Source: Eledone cirrhosa (taxonomy: Eukaryota). From it: a stretch of 64,000 nt of DNA. Positions 41,963 to 54,252 of the stretch are shown one piece after another (position 1 is the stretch's first letter; every line of letters starts with the position of its first letter). Both the position numbers and the translations under genes were made by a program. The stretch is from contig OZ024742.1 in assembly GCA_964016885.1 (NCBI GenBank), forward strand, positions 352,036,001 through 352,100,000. Direction: 5' to 3'. A model generated the notes under the pieces. It saw only the letters and a list, made by a program, of their open reading frames with translations. It searched no databases and had not been told where the DNA came from.

Positions 41963-42091
41963 CTTATAACCCACTATAAAATAATATACCCATTTTCTAT
42001 ATTTAGACCTCTAATATTTGAATACCTTCTATAATATTCGCCAATACACCTCATCAATTTATTTTCAATTTGACAGCGTCCCTGATCAAAA

Positions 42092-42173
<82 letters not shown>

Positions 42174-42390
42174 TTCTCTTTTTCTCTCTCTCCCTCCCTC
42201 TCTCTCTCTCTCTCTTCCTTCTATTTTTCTTTCTTCTCTTTCTTTTTTTCCTTTTTTCTCTTCTTCTTTCCTTTTCTTCTCTTTTCCTATCTATTTCTTA
42301 CTATAGTATTAACACATATTTCTGTCATATGTAGACTTAGCACTTTCCTATAAACAAGTGCTATTATGTCTCACATCATTGTACCTTATT

Positions 42391-42455
42391 TTTTATCTGA
42401 AGAAACACAACATCTGTCCCGGGATGATTTTGTATTCGAAATACGTATAATAAAA
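42391..42455 (+). ncRNA. Type I hammerhead-like motif
   Basis: TTTTAT-CTGAAGA-aacACAA-CATC..GATG-attTTGTattc-GAAA-TACGTA-TA-ATAAAA; palindromic ATACGTAT stem III. Confidence 0.6.
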
Positions 42456-43406
42456 TATATGGAACTCTTATAACCATCTTTATTTCATCTTTATTATATA
42501 TATATATAATAAACTTTGCCTTTCATCCTTACGGGGTCGATAAAATAAAGTACCAGTAATGCACTGGATAATTGCTGACGTTGTATATATATATATATTT
42601 CGTTTCTGAATTTGTTGGCAACATGACGCTCCCAAAGTATAACAATATATATCTAATATATATTTGTGAAATGGGTGGTGGTTGAAATTCAGTTGTGCAC
42701 CGTTAAATGGTAGTAGACGTGGTCGGACGGACATGAAAAGGTACACACCTATGTAAAAAGTGCTAAGGAAGCAAATAGACGAAGTTTCAAATCTCTAGCT
42801 TGAAAAATGTGGTTCCTGGGGCCCCCAAACGGTCTATTTACTATCGCGTTCGGTGAATTATTTCCCCTGTTCTATTACTTTTGTCTTATTTACAATTTCA
42901 TACAAAGAAAACAGTAAATAAAGGATTATGAGTTCATGCAATTGACTTATGTTTCGTCACTATATATATATATAATATGAAAACGGTTTAATATAAGAAA
43001 ATATCAACTGTAATGTATGTATGCATGTATTTATGTGTTTATCTGAGCAGGAATATACAAGTAAATCTTACTTGGTGGACAGCTGCCCCTTAGCGTAATA
43101 TTCGTGCTAGAACAGCATATATTTGAAAGTTTTCAGGGAGTTGAATTACTGATTTTGGATCGGCAGCTTTAGCTTTGAAAAAATGAAATGTGCAGTGTAA
43201 ACAATTCTTATTATTCCTCCGGGGATGAATCTTCTCTGCCTTGTTCAACCTCTTTCTTTCTCTCTGGAAGAAATCAGCCGCAGTAAGACCTATAAAAAGG
43301 TTAGATACACCATGACGCACCGTGAATCACGCTTGAGTTGAAAAGCAGACTCAGAACATGGCGTTGTGTGGGGGTGGATCGCAGCCCAATTTCCAGGGGG
43401 AGCAAA

Positions 43407-43510
43407 AGAAGAAGAAGAAGAAGAAGAAGCAGAAGAAGAAGAAGAAGAAGAAGAAGAAGAAGAAGAAGAAGAAGAAGAAGAAGAAGAAGAAGAAAAGGAA
43501 GAAGAAGAAG
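43407..43510. repeat. (GAA)n microsatellite
   Basis: About 100 bp of nearly pure GAA. Confidence 0.97.
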
Positions 43511-44170
43511 GTGTGAGCTGGAGTCCTATCAAATATGTAGGTTGTGTCGTAAAATGAAACAATTCATGTATAGTTTTTACTTTTCTTTTTGTCATTCATA
43601 TATAAACAAATCTACTATATGAATTGGAAGTGGTCGGACGTTGTATATGTAGGTGTAGTCGGATAAATGACCCGAGGAGGCGTTGGGTCGATTTTCAAGC
43701 TACAAGCTTTCATGGTTACGGAGAAAATCGATGAAACAGTTATTTCCCATTCAAATTGAACTGAGAGTAATCTGTGAACGCAGATGTAAATATTTTGAGA
43801 AAGGTTGCAACCGAACGAAAACAGGAAGACGATATTTTGGTTCGTGAAGACGTTCCCTGGCAATGCACGGGAAAAATGCGAGGATAATATGTCGTTATGT
43901 GGATCGTTAAGAACAATATCATGCAATGACAAGATCAAGCTTATGGTATAAATGGAGTCGTTAGACTAATATTCTATTTAAAATAACAGAATGATTTCCA
44001 GCGCCGGATTTTAAGAATGATGTAAATAAAATTGAAAACGAAAATGACAGAGGTTATTAAAATAATAAAAGTAAATAGTGAATATTTAGGTCAGTACATA
44101 CGTATGCCCGACGGACATACACATACATACGCACACACAAATATATACCCCCCACACACACACACTCACA

Positions 44171-44199
<29 letters not shown>

Positions 44200-44201
<2 letters not shown>

Positions 44202-44469
44202 CGAACGCACGCCCGTGTGTATAAACCTGATGCATTTCTACAGTATTTTCACCAAACTTAAGACATAGGTTACTTATGTACTCAGGATGGTCATGGGCAC
44301 TGTCATTTTCCAGATATTGGGTAGGGGACCCCTGGGGGCAGGAACACCCTTTTGGAAAAAGCCGATGATATTGTAAAAGTATAGTTTTCGAAACAGCACT
44401 GAAGTATTGATATAAATGGTATGCACAACTACTATTTAATATCCGAGCAACGCCTGGTACCTCTGCTAG
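44200..44469 (+). mobile_element. Non-autonomous Helitron-like element (3' end)
   Basis: Ends CCGAGCAACGCCTGG (imperfect hairpin) + 8 nt + CTAG followed by T, the standard Helitron 3' terminus. The 5' end is uncertain. Confidence 0.55.
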
Positions 44470-45264
44470 TATATATATATATTTTTAAATAACAGATTAA
44501 AGTTTAAGCAAAGAATCGCTGCTTTCACCCTTAACGGGATCTTCTGAAACTAAATAATTCAATATGTGAACGCAGAAGTAAATATTTCAAAAAATGTTGC
44601 AACCGGAGGAAGACAGGAAGATGATACTTTAGTTCGTAAGAAACGTTCCCTGAAAAAGAACGGAAAAAATGAAGATAATACGTCATTATTTGGAGCGGCG
44701 AAAACAGTTACACGCAAAGACAAAACCGCGTTTATGGTATAAATGAAGTCGTAGACTGAAATTCTATTAGGTGGGTCATGGAGACGTTCTCTGGCAATGA
44801 ACAGAAAAACGAAAATAATATGTCATTATGTGGAGCGGCGAGAACAACTGCACGTAAAGACAAAATCACGTAAATGGTATAACTGAAGTCGTAGACTAAC
44901 ATTCTAACTAGGAAACCGAATGATTCTCGGATTCAGAGTAAATAAAGTAAATAAAATACAGAGGTATTTGAAATTAAATAAATACATACACACAACCATG
45001 CGTGTATGTATTTATTTAACAGAAAGAAAATATATATAAATGTTTTGAGTACGTATATAAAGGATTACATATGTAGAAGGGCGTAATTTGCATAATTACC
45101 AAAACATGAAGATAAGAGGAAATTATAAGCCGGCCAGAGGCATGTTGTACGAGATTTAACTTAAAGATGAGCGTACCGAATTTGAGAGATACTAATTTGG
45201 TAATTTATTGAAATGACGCTCACGGACAGTGAATAAAAACCAAAAAGCAACACCCACACAAATC

Positions 45265-45337
<73 letters not shown>

Positions 45338-45338
<1 letters not shown>

Positions 45339-46064
45339 ACAATGGAATTGTGGTAAGGAACCAGATGGACAATAACGCGCCAGATTACTCAATACTTAGC
45401 GTAGTAGTGTGGGTAATAGGAAAAAGTATGACCCCGACGGCAGAGCTCAAGCCGTTTCGACGGCTATTTCTGGACTAAATTAGAATTTTTAGCCTGGTAA
45501 ATAAATACCCGAACATGTCAAGGGGTACTTCCTTATATGGGAAGATTGTAGTTGTCGAGAGGATTGGTCAAAATTTGTTCTAAACACAAATAAGTCTATC
45601 ATGGCATTTGGTGGGAGGTAATGTGGCTGAACTTACCTGTAGAACAATGAGGGAGTGAGTGGAGCCGGTCAAAACGTTGAAAGGGAAATATATACAGCAG
45701 ATTTGACTTACCTATTCTATAACCTCCCTACTCTATTTTCTCCAGAAAACTTTTTCGTCTTTTCATACACTATCCTTAGAATCAGCTGTATAGATTTCAC
45801 TTTCAACGCTTGACCGGCTCTACTCACTCCCTAATTGTTCTACAGGCAAGTTCAGCCACCCCTACCTCACACCAAATGCCATGATAGACTTATTTGTGTT
45901 TACAACAAATTTTGACCAATCCCCTCGACAACTACAATCTTCCCATATAAGGAAGTGCCCATTGACAAGTTCGGCTATTTATTTACCATGCTAAACATTC
46001 TAGTTTAGTCCAGATTTAGCCGTCGAAACGGCTTGAGCACTGCCGTCGGGGTCATTCTTTTCCT
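45338..46064. mobile_element. Family B long fold-back with two full HHRs (45431-45526 minus, 45957-46052 plus)
   Basis: ~285-bp arms; cores TTGACAT and TTGACAA; GAAA-CGGC..GCCG-TC-GGGGT. Confidence 0.82.
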
Positions 46065-46072
46065 ATATATAT

Positions 46073-46297
46073 ATGGTATAAATGGAGTCGTTAGACTAAT
46101 ATTCTATTTAAAATAACAGAATGATTTCCAGCGCCGGATTTTAAGAATGATGTAAATAAAATTGAAAACGAAAATGACAGAGGTTATTAAAATAATAAAA
46201 GTAAATAGTGAATATTTAGGTCAGTACATACGTATGCCCGACGGACATACACATACATACGCACACACAAATATATACCCCCCCCACACACACACTC

Positions 46298-46339
<42 letters not shown>
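46073..46339 (+). repeat. Near-identical direct duplicate of 43943-44199
   Basis: ATGGTATAAATGGAGTCGTTAGACTAATATTC.. through the (CA)n tract; same spurious ORF start at 44032 and 46162. Confidence 0.9.
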
Positions 46340-46378
<39 letters not shown>

Positions 46379-46702
46379 GGTAAATTTCTTTGAGTCGTCT
46401 GGAAGCCTCGACAATGCAGATGGGTAAATCTCCGCGTAACAAGATCTGGTGGTCGAGAGAGAGATGTAAGTGGGTGTACGTAGAGATGCGTGGCGTGTAT
46501 AAGACTGTAGCGTGTAGAGAAATGAAGGAAAGAGCGTAAAGGATAAAAATAAAAATAAAAATAACAACACGAGATAGAGTAACCTTGGGAGAGATTTAAT
46601 TGTCCCTATATATTACGAATTCACATCCATCAACTGGGTTTGTTTCCGGGGTGGGTGGGTGTCTGTCGGAAAGTTGCGTAACGTGTCCTCCGCTGTTCGT
46701 TG

Positions 46703-46769
<67 letters not shown>

Positions 46770-46883
46770 GAGAGAGAGAGAGATTTATAACTATGTTCTC
46801 TCTCTCTCTATATATATATTTATATATATATATGTATTTATATATATATATATATATACATATATATACACATATATATATAT

Positions 46884-46965
<82 letters not shown>

Positions 46966-47445
46966 CATTTGTCATGTGTGTATGTGAATGCGGAGATTAG
47001 AATATGTCATGTTCCAATAAGCAGGAGCTAACTAGAAGTAAGGAACCATGATAAGCTATATCATTAGTATTTAGATAAATGACATCACTAAGTCTTTATG
47101 TATTTAATTCTGTTATCTATATAAAAAAAAGCGTCATTGATTAATGTTATGTTTTTTGTCGAATCATTTATGGGTTGCTCTGTTCGTTATTTAATTCTCA
47201 TACCTTAAGTTTCCTATAACTCAGTTAAATGTTATGCAGGTCGAGTCCTGATCATATTCATATCTATGATTAATTAAGATTTCTATGTTATTATAGATAT
47301 GAATATATATATATAAGCGTCTGTATGTATATGTGTGTGTGGGGGGGGGGGGGTGCGCTTATATTATAGAAAATGTATGTTGTGTCATTTCTCTTACTAC
47401 AATTGCAACACAGAAGTATTTAAAAATAAATATCTATGCAACAAA

Positions 47446-47488
<43 letters not shown>

Positions 47489-47490
<2 letters not shown>

Positions 47491-47680
47491 CGAAGGAAAT
47501 CTGGTAAGGAACCAGATGGACCATACGCAACAACGTACTCAATACTTAGGGTAGTAGAGTAGGTAATAGGAACGAGTATGACTCCGACGGCTGAGCTCAA
47601 GCCGTTTCGACGGCTAATTCTGTCCAGAATTAGCCGTCGAAACGGCTTGAGCTCAGCCGTCGGGGTCCTACTCCTTCCAC
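47489..47680. mobile_element. Family B short fold-back element
   Basis: GACGGCTAATTCTGTCCAGAATTAGCCGTC centre. Confidence 0.85.
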
Positions 47681-47756
47681 TAAATATATATATATAGGGT
47701 TTGTAACTTAGAGCTACTGTAGGTTCACTCGGGTTAGCACTCGATGTTTGGGTTCA

Positions 47757-47843
47757 AGGGGTCTGACGAGCAACGGATTACTGAGTCGGGTTAGATCGAT
47801 ACAGATCGAACCTTCAGCAGATCAGTGGCGAAACGCGTATCAC
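47757..47843 (+). ncRNA. Hammerhead-like motif with long stem II
   Basis: CTGACGA-GC..CTGAgtcGGGTTaGATC(gataca)GATCgAACCtTCAG..GC-GAAA-CGCG-TA; palindromic ACGCGT; stem I decayed. Confidence 0.55.
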
Positions 47844-47902
47844 AAACCATTAAACATAATGAAGGAGTAACCAATCGTACTTGTTATTTTATGTCATTAT
47901 AT

Positions 47903-48090
47903 GCGGTGGATTGGCAGTATCGGTAAGGGTCGGACGCCATGCTTTGAAGCATAGAGTTACCTCCCTTTATGATCTGAGTTCAAATCCCGCCGAGGTTAAC
48001 TTTGCCTTTCATCCTTACGGGGTCGATAAAATAAAGTACCAGTAATGCACTGGAATAATTGCTGGCCTTGTGCCAAAAGTAGAAACAATT
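47903..48090 (+). mobile_element. Full SINE family S1 copy
   Basis: GCGGTGGATTGGCAGTATCGG..GAGTTCAAATCCC..GTAGAAACAATT(AT)n. Confidence 0.85.
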
Positions 48091-48104
48091 ATATATATAT
48101 ATAT

Positions 48105-49065
48105 AAACATTAGAATTGGCGCTCTGAAATAGCTTTATATATATATATGAATGTATATATAGTGTAAGTTGCAATACACTATATGCTTAATTAAAAGCAT
48201 TTCGAAGACCTTATGCTATTATTTTAGAGTAGTGACAGTCTCACTTACTTTAAATTTTCAGCAAACAGGGGGAGATAAACCTGACAGAGCTATGTTTCGT
48301 ACTGATTGGTACTTATCAAAGCCAAGTACCCCACCTATCTGCTGAAAATCTTGAATGTTTGATTCTTATAGCATTTCTAGTAATAATCAGGAACTGATTA
48401 TACAGAGCGGTTGCCGGTCAAGCAGAAATTGAAAATTAGAATTGGCGCTCTGAAATAGCTATATATATATATATGAATGTATATATAGTGTATTTTGCAA
48501 TAAACTGTATGCTTAATTAAAAGCATTTCGAAGACCTTATGCTATTGTTTTAGAGTAGTGACAGTCTAAAACAATAGCATAAGATCTTCGAAATGCTTTT
48601 AATTAAGCATACAGTGTATTGCAAAAATGTAAAGTAAGTGAGACTGTCACTACACTAAAACAATAGCATAAGGTCTTCGAAATGCTTTTAATTAAGCATA
48701 CAGTTTATTGCAAAATACAGTATATATACATTCATATATATATAGCTATTGCAGAGCGCCAATTCTAATTTTCAATTTCTGCTTGACCGGCAACCATTCT
48801 GTATAACCAGTTCCTGATTATTACTAGAAATTCTATAAGAATCAAACATTCATGATTTTCAGCAGACAGGTGGGGTACAGGGCTTTGATAAGTACTAATC
48901 AGTACGAAACATAGCTCTATCAGCTTTATCTCCCCCTGTTTGTTGAAAATTTAAAGTAAGTGAGACTGTCTCTACTCTAAAACAAGAGCATAAGGTCTTC
49001 GAAATGCTTTTAATTAAACATACACTGTATTGCAAAATACACTATATATACATTCATATATATAC
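48105..49065. mobile_element. 326-bp unit in partial tandem then inverted; HHR-like motifs 48286-48323 (minus) and 48879-48918 (plus)
   Basis: TTAGAATTGGCGCTCTG at 48110 and 48436; orientation flips ~48567; AGGGCT-TTGATAA-GTAC(taatca)GTAC-GAAA-cat-AGCTCT. Confidence 0.75.
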
Positions 49066-49275
49066 ATATTTTTTTAGGCACCACCTGCTTTAATTTGGTC
49101 GCTCTGGTGGGTCAGACTGGTATTTTTGTGTACAATGTGAGGAAATATAGAGAAGACCTGAACATCACTGATGATGGATTTCCCGTTGGTCTTGAAAATG
49201 TTTATTACAAAATATCGATAATTGGTGATTGATACCAATCATTAAAATCGATTGTGAATACGTTATTTATTTGTT

Positions 49276-49352
<77 letters not shown>

Positions 49353-50929
49353 CTCTTTATTTCTCTTTCTCTCTCCGCCTCTCTGTCTCTCTCTCTCTCT
49401 GTCTCTCTCTGTATATCTATATAATTCTTGATTTTGATTCTCAACTTGATATATGAAAATTAATTTTTCTTATATCATATATAAATGTAATTATACACGG
49501 CAAATTACTAAAACAAACTTCCATATATCACTAAGCTTAAGAGACTGATCAAAGGATTACTGGACCAGCATTCGACAAAATCCCAAGTTGATGTGCCACA
49601 ACATATTCAAATATAATATTTTCAAGACTTCACGTCGGATGTTCCTATTATCCGAAACATTCTCCCTTCTACATTTACTCTCTATTCAATTGTATAATTT
49701 TGTCCGAAATTGTTTCTCGGCACAACACAATATATTGGAAGAAATAGAGTAACTGATCGTCGTAAGACAAATACACACAACGATGTTTCCTCTACGTCTA
49801 CGCTCATTGGTCGTAATAATCTTAGATGTTTCTTTTAATCTCTGGAATTACCCTTTGAATTTATTCGATGACTGTTATACCGAAATTTAGAACTTCTATA
49901 TAAAATGTGGAAGAATATATAAATCCTATATATCTAATCCAATATATTTAATCCCAGACTACCAAATATATTTAGTAGCATTAATGCAAACATCGCAGCT
50001 TTATTCCAAAGTTCGCAAATCATAGATTTTGCGAAATATATCTCCATTATCAAAACTAAAGTTCAACAAATGATCAGAAGAATATATTTAAAAAAACAAT
50101 GACCACAATTACATAAAAATACATCTTCAAATTTGCCCTTAAAAGCTGTTGATCTAATATAAGTTGTATATGTTGTACTGATGTCTGTAATATTGGAGAA
50201 ATCTTTATGAGAAAAATTTAAATAAAACTATTTCAGTCCTTTAATATAAATTCAGAAAAAACTGTTAACCAGAAAATATAAAAGAATTTATAGACTGTAA
50301 CAGCTGCAAAAAGTGTTGCATTTGCCAGAAGAGTAACGTTTAGAATAACTAGTCACATGACATGAGCAAGAGATATGAAAACCGGAAAGGCAGAATCCAA
50401 CTGGGTGAATATTTAAATATTTGCGCAAAAAGGAATTTCCATATATAGAGATATTTTTAATAAATGTTTATGAAATAATCACGTGGTAGAATTGGAGACA
50501 TCTTTCTTTTAACCCGTTTATTCCTGAGATGATCGATGGGAGTGAGTCCTCAAACACGCCTTCCTGAGGGAGATGCAGGTGTAGGCGGTTGGATTCGGTC
50601 GGATAAGTTGGAGACGGTTGCTTCTGACAGACCCACTGGAAAAGAGATGGAGTCATATTTTATAGAAAATAATTCAATACGACGATAAACAATAACATTT
50701 CGTGTAAAAAAGATAGGAAAAAACTCACAGGGAAATATATCATTGGGTACCATTTGTATAACAATGAAATTTACATATTGATAATTCTTGTGAAAGAGGA
50801 ACATGTTAGATTCAATTATTAATACGGTTTGTTACTGGCGTAAAATATATATTATTCATGCCCCAACTCACTTTCACAGGAGCACACACACACAGGCACA
50901 CGCACACACACACACACACACACAGACAA

Positions 50930-51062
<133 letters not shown>

Positions 51063-51079
51063 TATATGTATATATATAT

Positions 51080-51470
51080 ATCGTTTCTTAATTTGTCTAG
51101 CAAGCTTCTTTGTCTGAAAACGTGTGTTGAAACCGATATTGTTATACTTTGGGAGGGTCATGTTTCCAATAAGAAACGCACGCACCATGCTTTGACTCCA
51201 ATTTATTATAACATAAAAAAATATTTTTTAAATTTATAAATTTCCGGTTGGTTGGTTGGTTACACAACCGGACGGTTGTTCATATATTGTCAAAGTTCTT
51301 TCATCACATATTTATGAACTCTTCATTGACTGAGGATTCTTTTATTTTATTTGTTTTCTACCTCTCCTTTGTTCTGTCCTACGCCACTTTGTTTTTGTGT
51401 GTGTTGTGTGCTTAGTTTGCGCATGTGTTCTACACATGCGAAAAAACTAAGCACACAACACACACAACAT
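51080..51470 (-). mobile_element. Pseudo-LTR of the Poseidon-type family (same as 32843-33190), decayed HHR ~51289-51331
   Basis: Aligns by eye with 32843-33190; GTCA-aTGAAGA..GAAA-gaac-TT-TGAC. Confidence 0.75.
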
Positions 51471-51661
51471 CTAGTTAAGTCACTATTGGCTTCCCAGATA
51501 ATATTCTTTTGACAATGTTTTAATATAGTTGTGTTTGAATTTTGTAATCTACTCTGATGTTTACTGCCTTCTGTTAGGATGAAACGATCGTAAGTGGTTA
51601 AATGTTTTAAACACTCTTTGATTGTCATTTCATTTTGCATATATATATATATATATCTATA

Positions 51662-51729
<68 letters not shown>

Positions 51730-52050
51730 GACCTATATATATATATATATATATATATTCGTTTTCCCAATAACTTATCCAGGTATTGACGCCCTGGTGT
51801 GAAGTGGTATCTTGTGTTTAAAGCGTATAAATATCCTAGACCCCAGTAGACAACTGTTCTTGCTTTCTTCGTATTCTCACTGTGTTTTAAGTTACCCTAA
51901 ATAGCAACTACACAGTCATTTCTATTCTCCATATATTTCATTGTATGTATATATATATATATATTAAAGTGTTAAAGAATATTCAATGATTATGTCAAAG
52001 AATGAGCTTTACGGTAGATTGGAAGCACTTTACATATATGCATTTGTACG

Positions 52051-52142
<92 letters not shown>

Positions 52143-52622
52143 CAAATGCATATATGTAAAGTTATAAAATTAATATGGATCTGTTTACAATGCCAGACAG
52201 TTATCGTGAGTTTTTTAACTGCTGTGTCGTTTGATTCTTGTTGTAGATGGTGTGTTTTGTTTACAATAGTTGTCATATCATTTGATAATATTGTACTTTA
52301 GCATAAGGTCAGTATCAGTAGTTCCGAGGGAGCAGATCCTTGATGAAATATATCCCGCGTCCAATATCTCAGCTCTCATCTTGTGTCAAGGACTATATAT
52401 ATGATGCGGCATATCCTTAATATGATGGTTGTAATGACTAGCGCTGGCTGTTATAATGCGTGTGTAGATTTCTAGAATGAATTGGATCTAGATATTTGTG
52501 TCTGTGTGTATGCGATAGAGAGAAAGTGAAAGAGAACGATGGGAAGAGAGAGAAGGAGGGCGAAAGAGAGAGAGAGAGTGAGAAAGAGACAGAGAGAGTG
52601 AGAGTGAAACAGTGTGTATATT

Positions 52623-52653
<31 letters not shown>

Positions 52654-52713
52654 AAAGCGAGAGAGAGAGAGAGAGGGTGAGAGTGTGTGAGAGTGAAACA
52701 GTGTGTGTGTGTT

Positions 52714-52777
<64 letters not shown>

Positions 52778-53000
52778 TTCGGGATGTTTGTTTACAAACA
52801 CACCGAGCATTATAATAAATGTTCGGTGAATCCATACGTACATATATATATATATATGTGTGCATGTATGTATATATATATATAAATACTACTGTACGTC
52901 TGTATACATATATGTAAATACGTATACATACTTATATTTAAGTAACAGCCGTACTAAGAGTGAGAAATGAAATTTCGTTTCATTTTTTTCCGTTTATATA

Positions 53001-53169
<169 letters not shown>

Positions 53170-54165
53170 ATTGTGTGTGGTCTCCAAGGCGTATATGCAT
53201 GTATATACTGGTGTGTGAGAGTTGAATATAAATATATTAATGTATATCTATGAAAATCTCTATTACAATGTTATGTGTACACATTATAATGTGCAGCTGT
53301 GTGTATATGAATGTGAGTCTTTGTGGAAGTGTGTAAACAGGAATACTTATGTTGATGTGTGTTTAAGTTCATATCAACGTTTGTAAATTTTACATTAATT
53401 AATGCGAATATTTTACCGCGCTGCTGTTACTGGGATTCCCTTTCTGTGTCTGTGTGTTCGAGTGTTGTTGTGACATACGTGTGTGTCTCTGTTGAAAGCC
53501 AAATAAACTAATGTAAATAAGTGATTCACTGGATATTATTTCATGTATGGTAACTTACTCTTTATCGAATTTGTGTACGTATGTAGGAATGCATTTATTT
53601 ATGCATGAATATATGTATGTTTTTATATTTGTATGCAGGAATATATCTATGTTTGTATATAAATGTATATAAATGTTATAATTATTTATAACTCATATAT
53701 AAGTATAAATAATTGTTTCTACTTTTGGCACGTATAAATAATAATATTAGAATTATGTTTGTATATATGCATGTAAGTATGTGTGCCTGCATGCATGTAT
53801 GTATATATATATGTAAGTATGTTTGTGTGTTTATATGTACATATGTAAGTATGTACGTATGTATGCATATATATATATATATATATATATTTTCGAATGT
53901 ACGTATGTCTTTTGTGTGTGTATGTATGCATGCATGTATATATGTATACTTTCCGCGATAACTACTGAGTAAAGCTATTTCCAAATAACCGTATACTGCT
54001 ATTCATCATAGCAGGAAGGCTGCGAAATGACCCTCTAATCATAATTGGCCACCACAAATAAACGGCCGACAATTTCGATAACGCTGTCCTTTATTTTTCT
54101 CTCCCTCTCCCCATATCTCTCTCTTTCTTTCTCTCTGACTCTCTCTCTCTCTCCCTCTCTCTCTC

Positions 54166-54245
<80 letters not shown>

Positions 54246-54252
<7 letters not shown>

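Noticed and set aside
47903-47995. tRNA gene (also 57610-57675 and 510-590)
   Set aside because: A/B boxes are present but I see no cloverleaf, and the sequence continues into a multi-copy SINE body.
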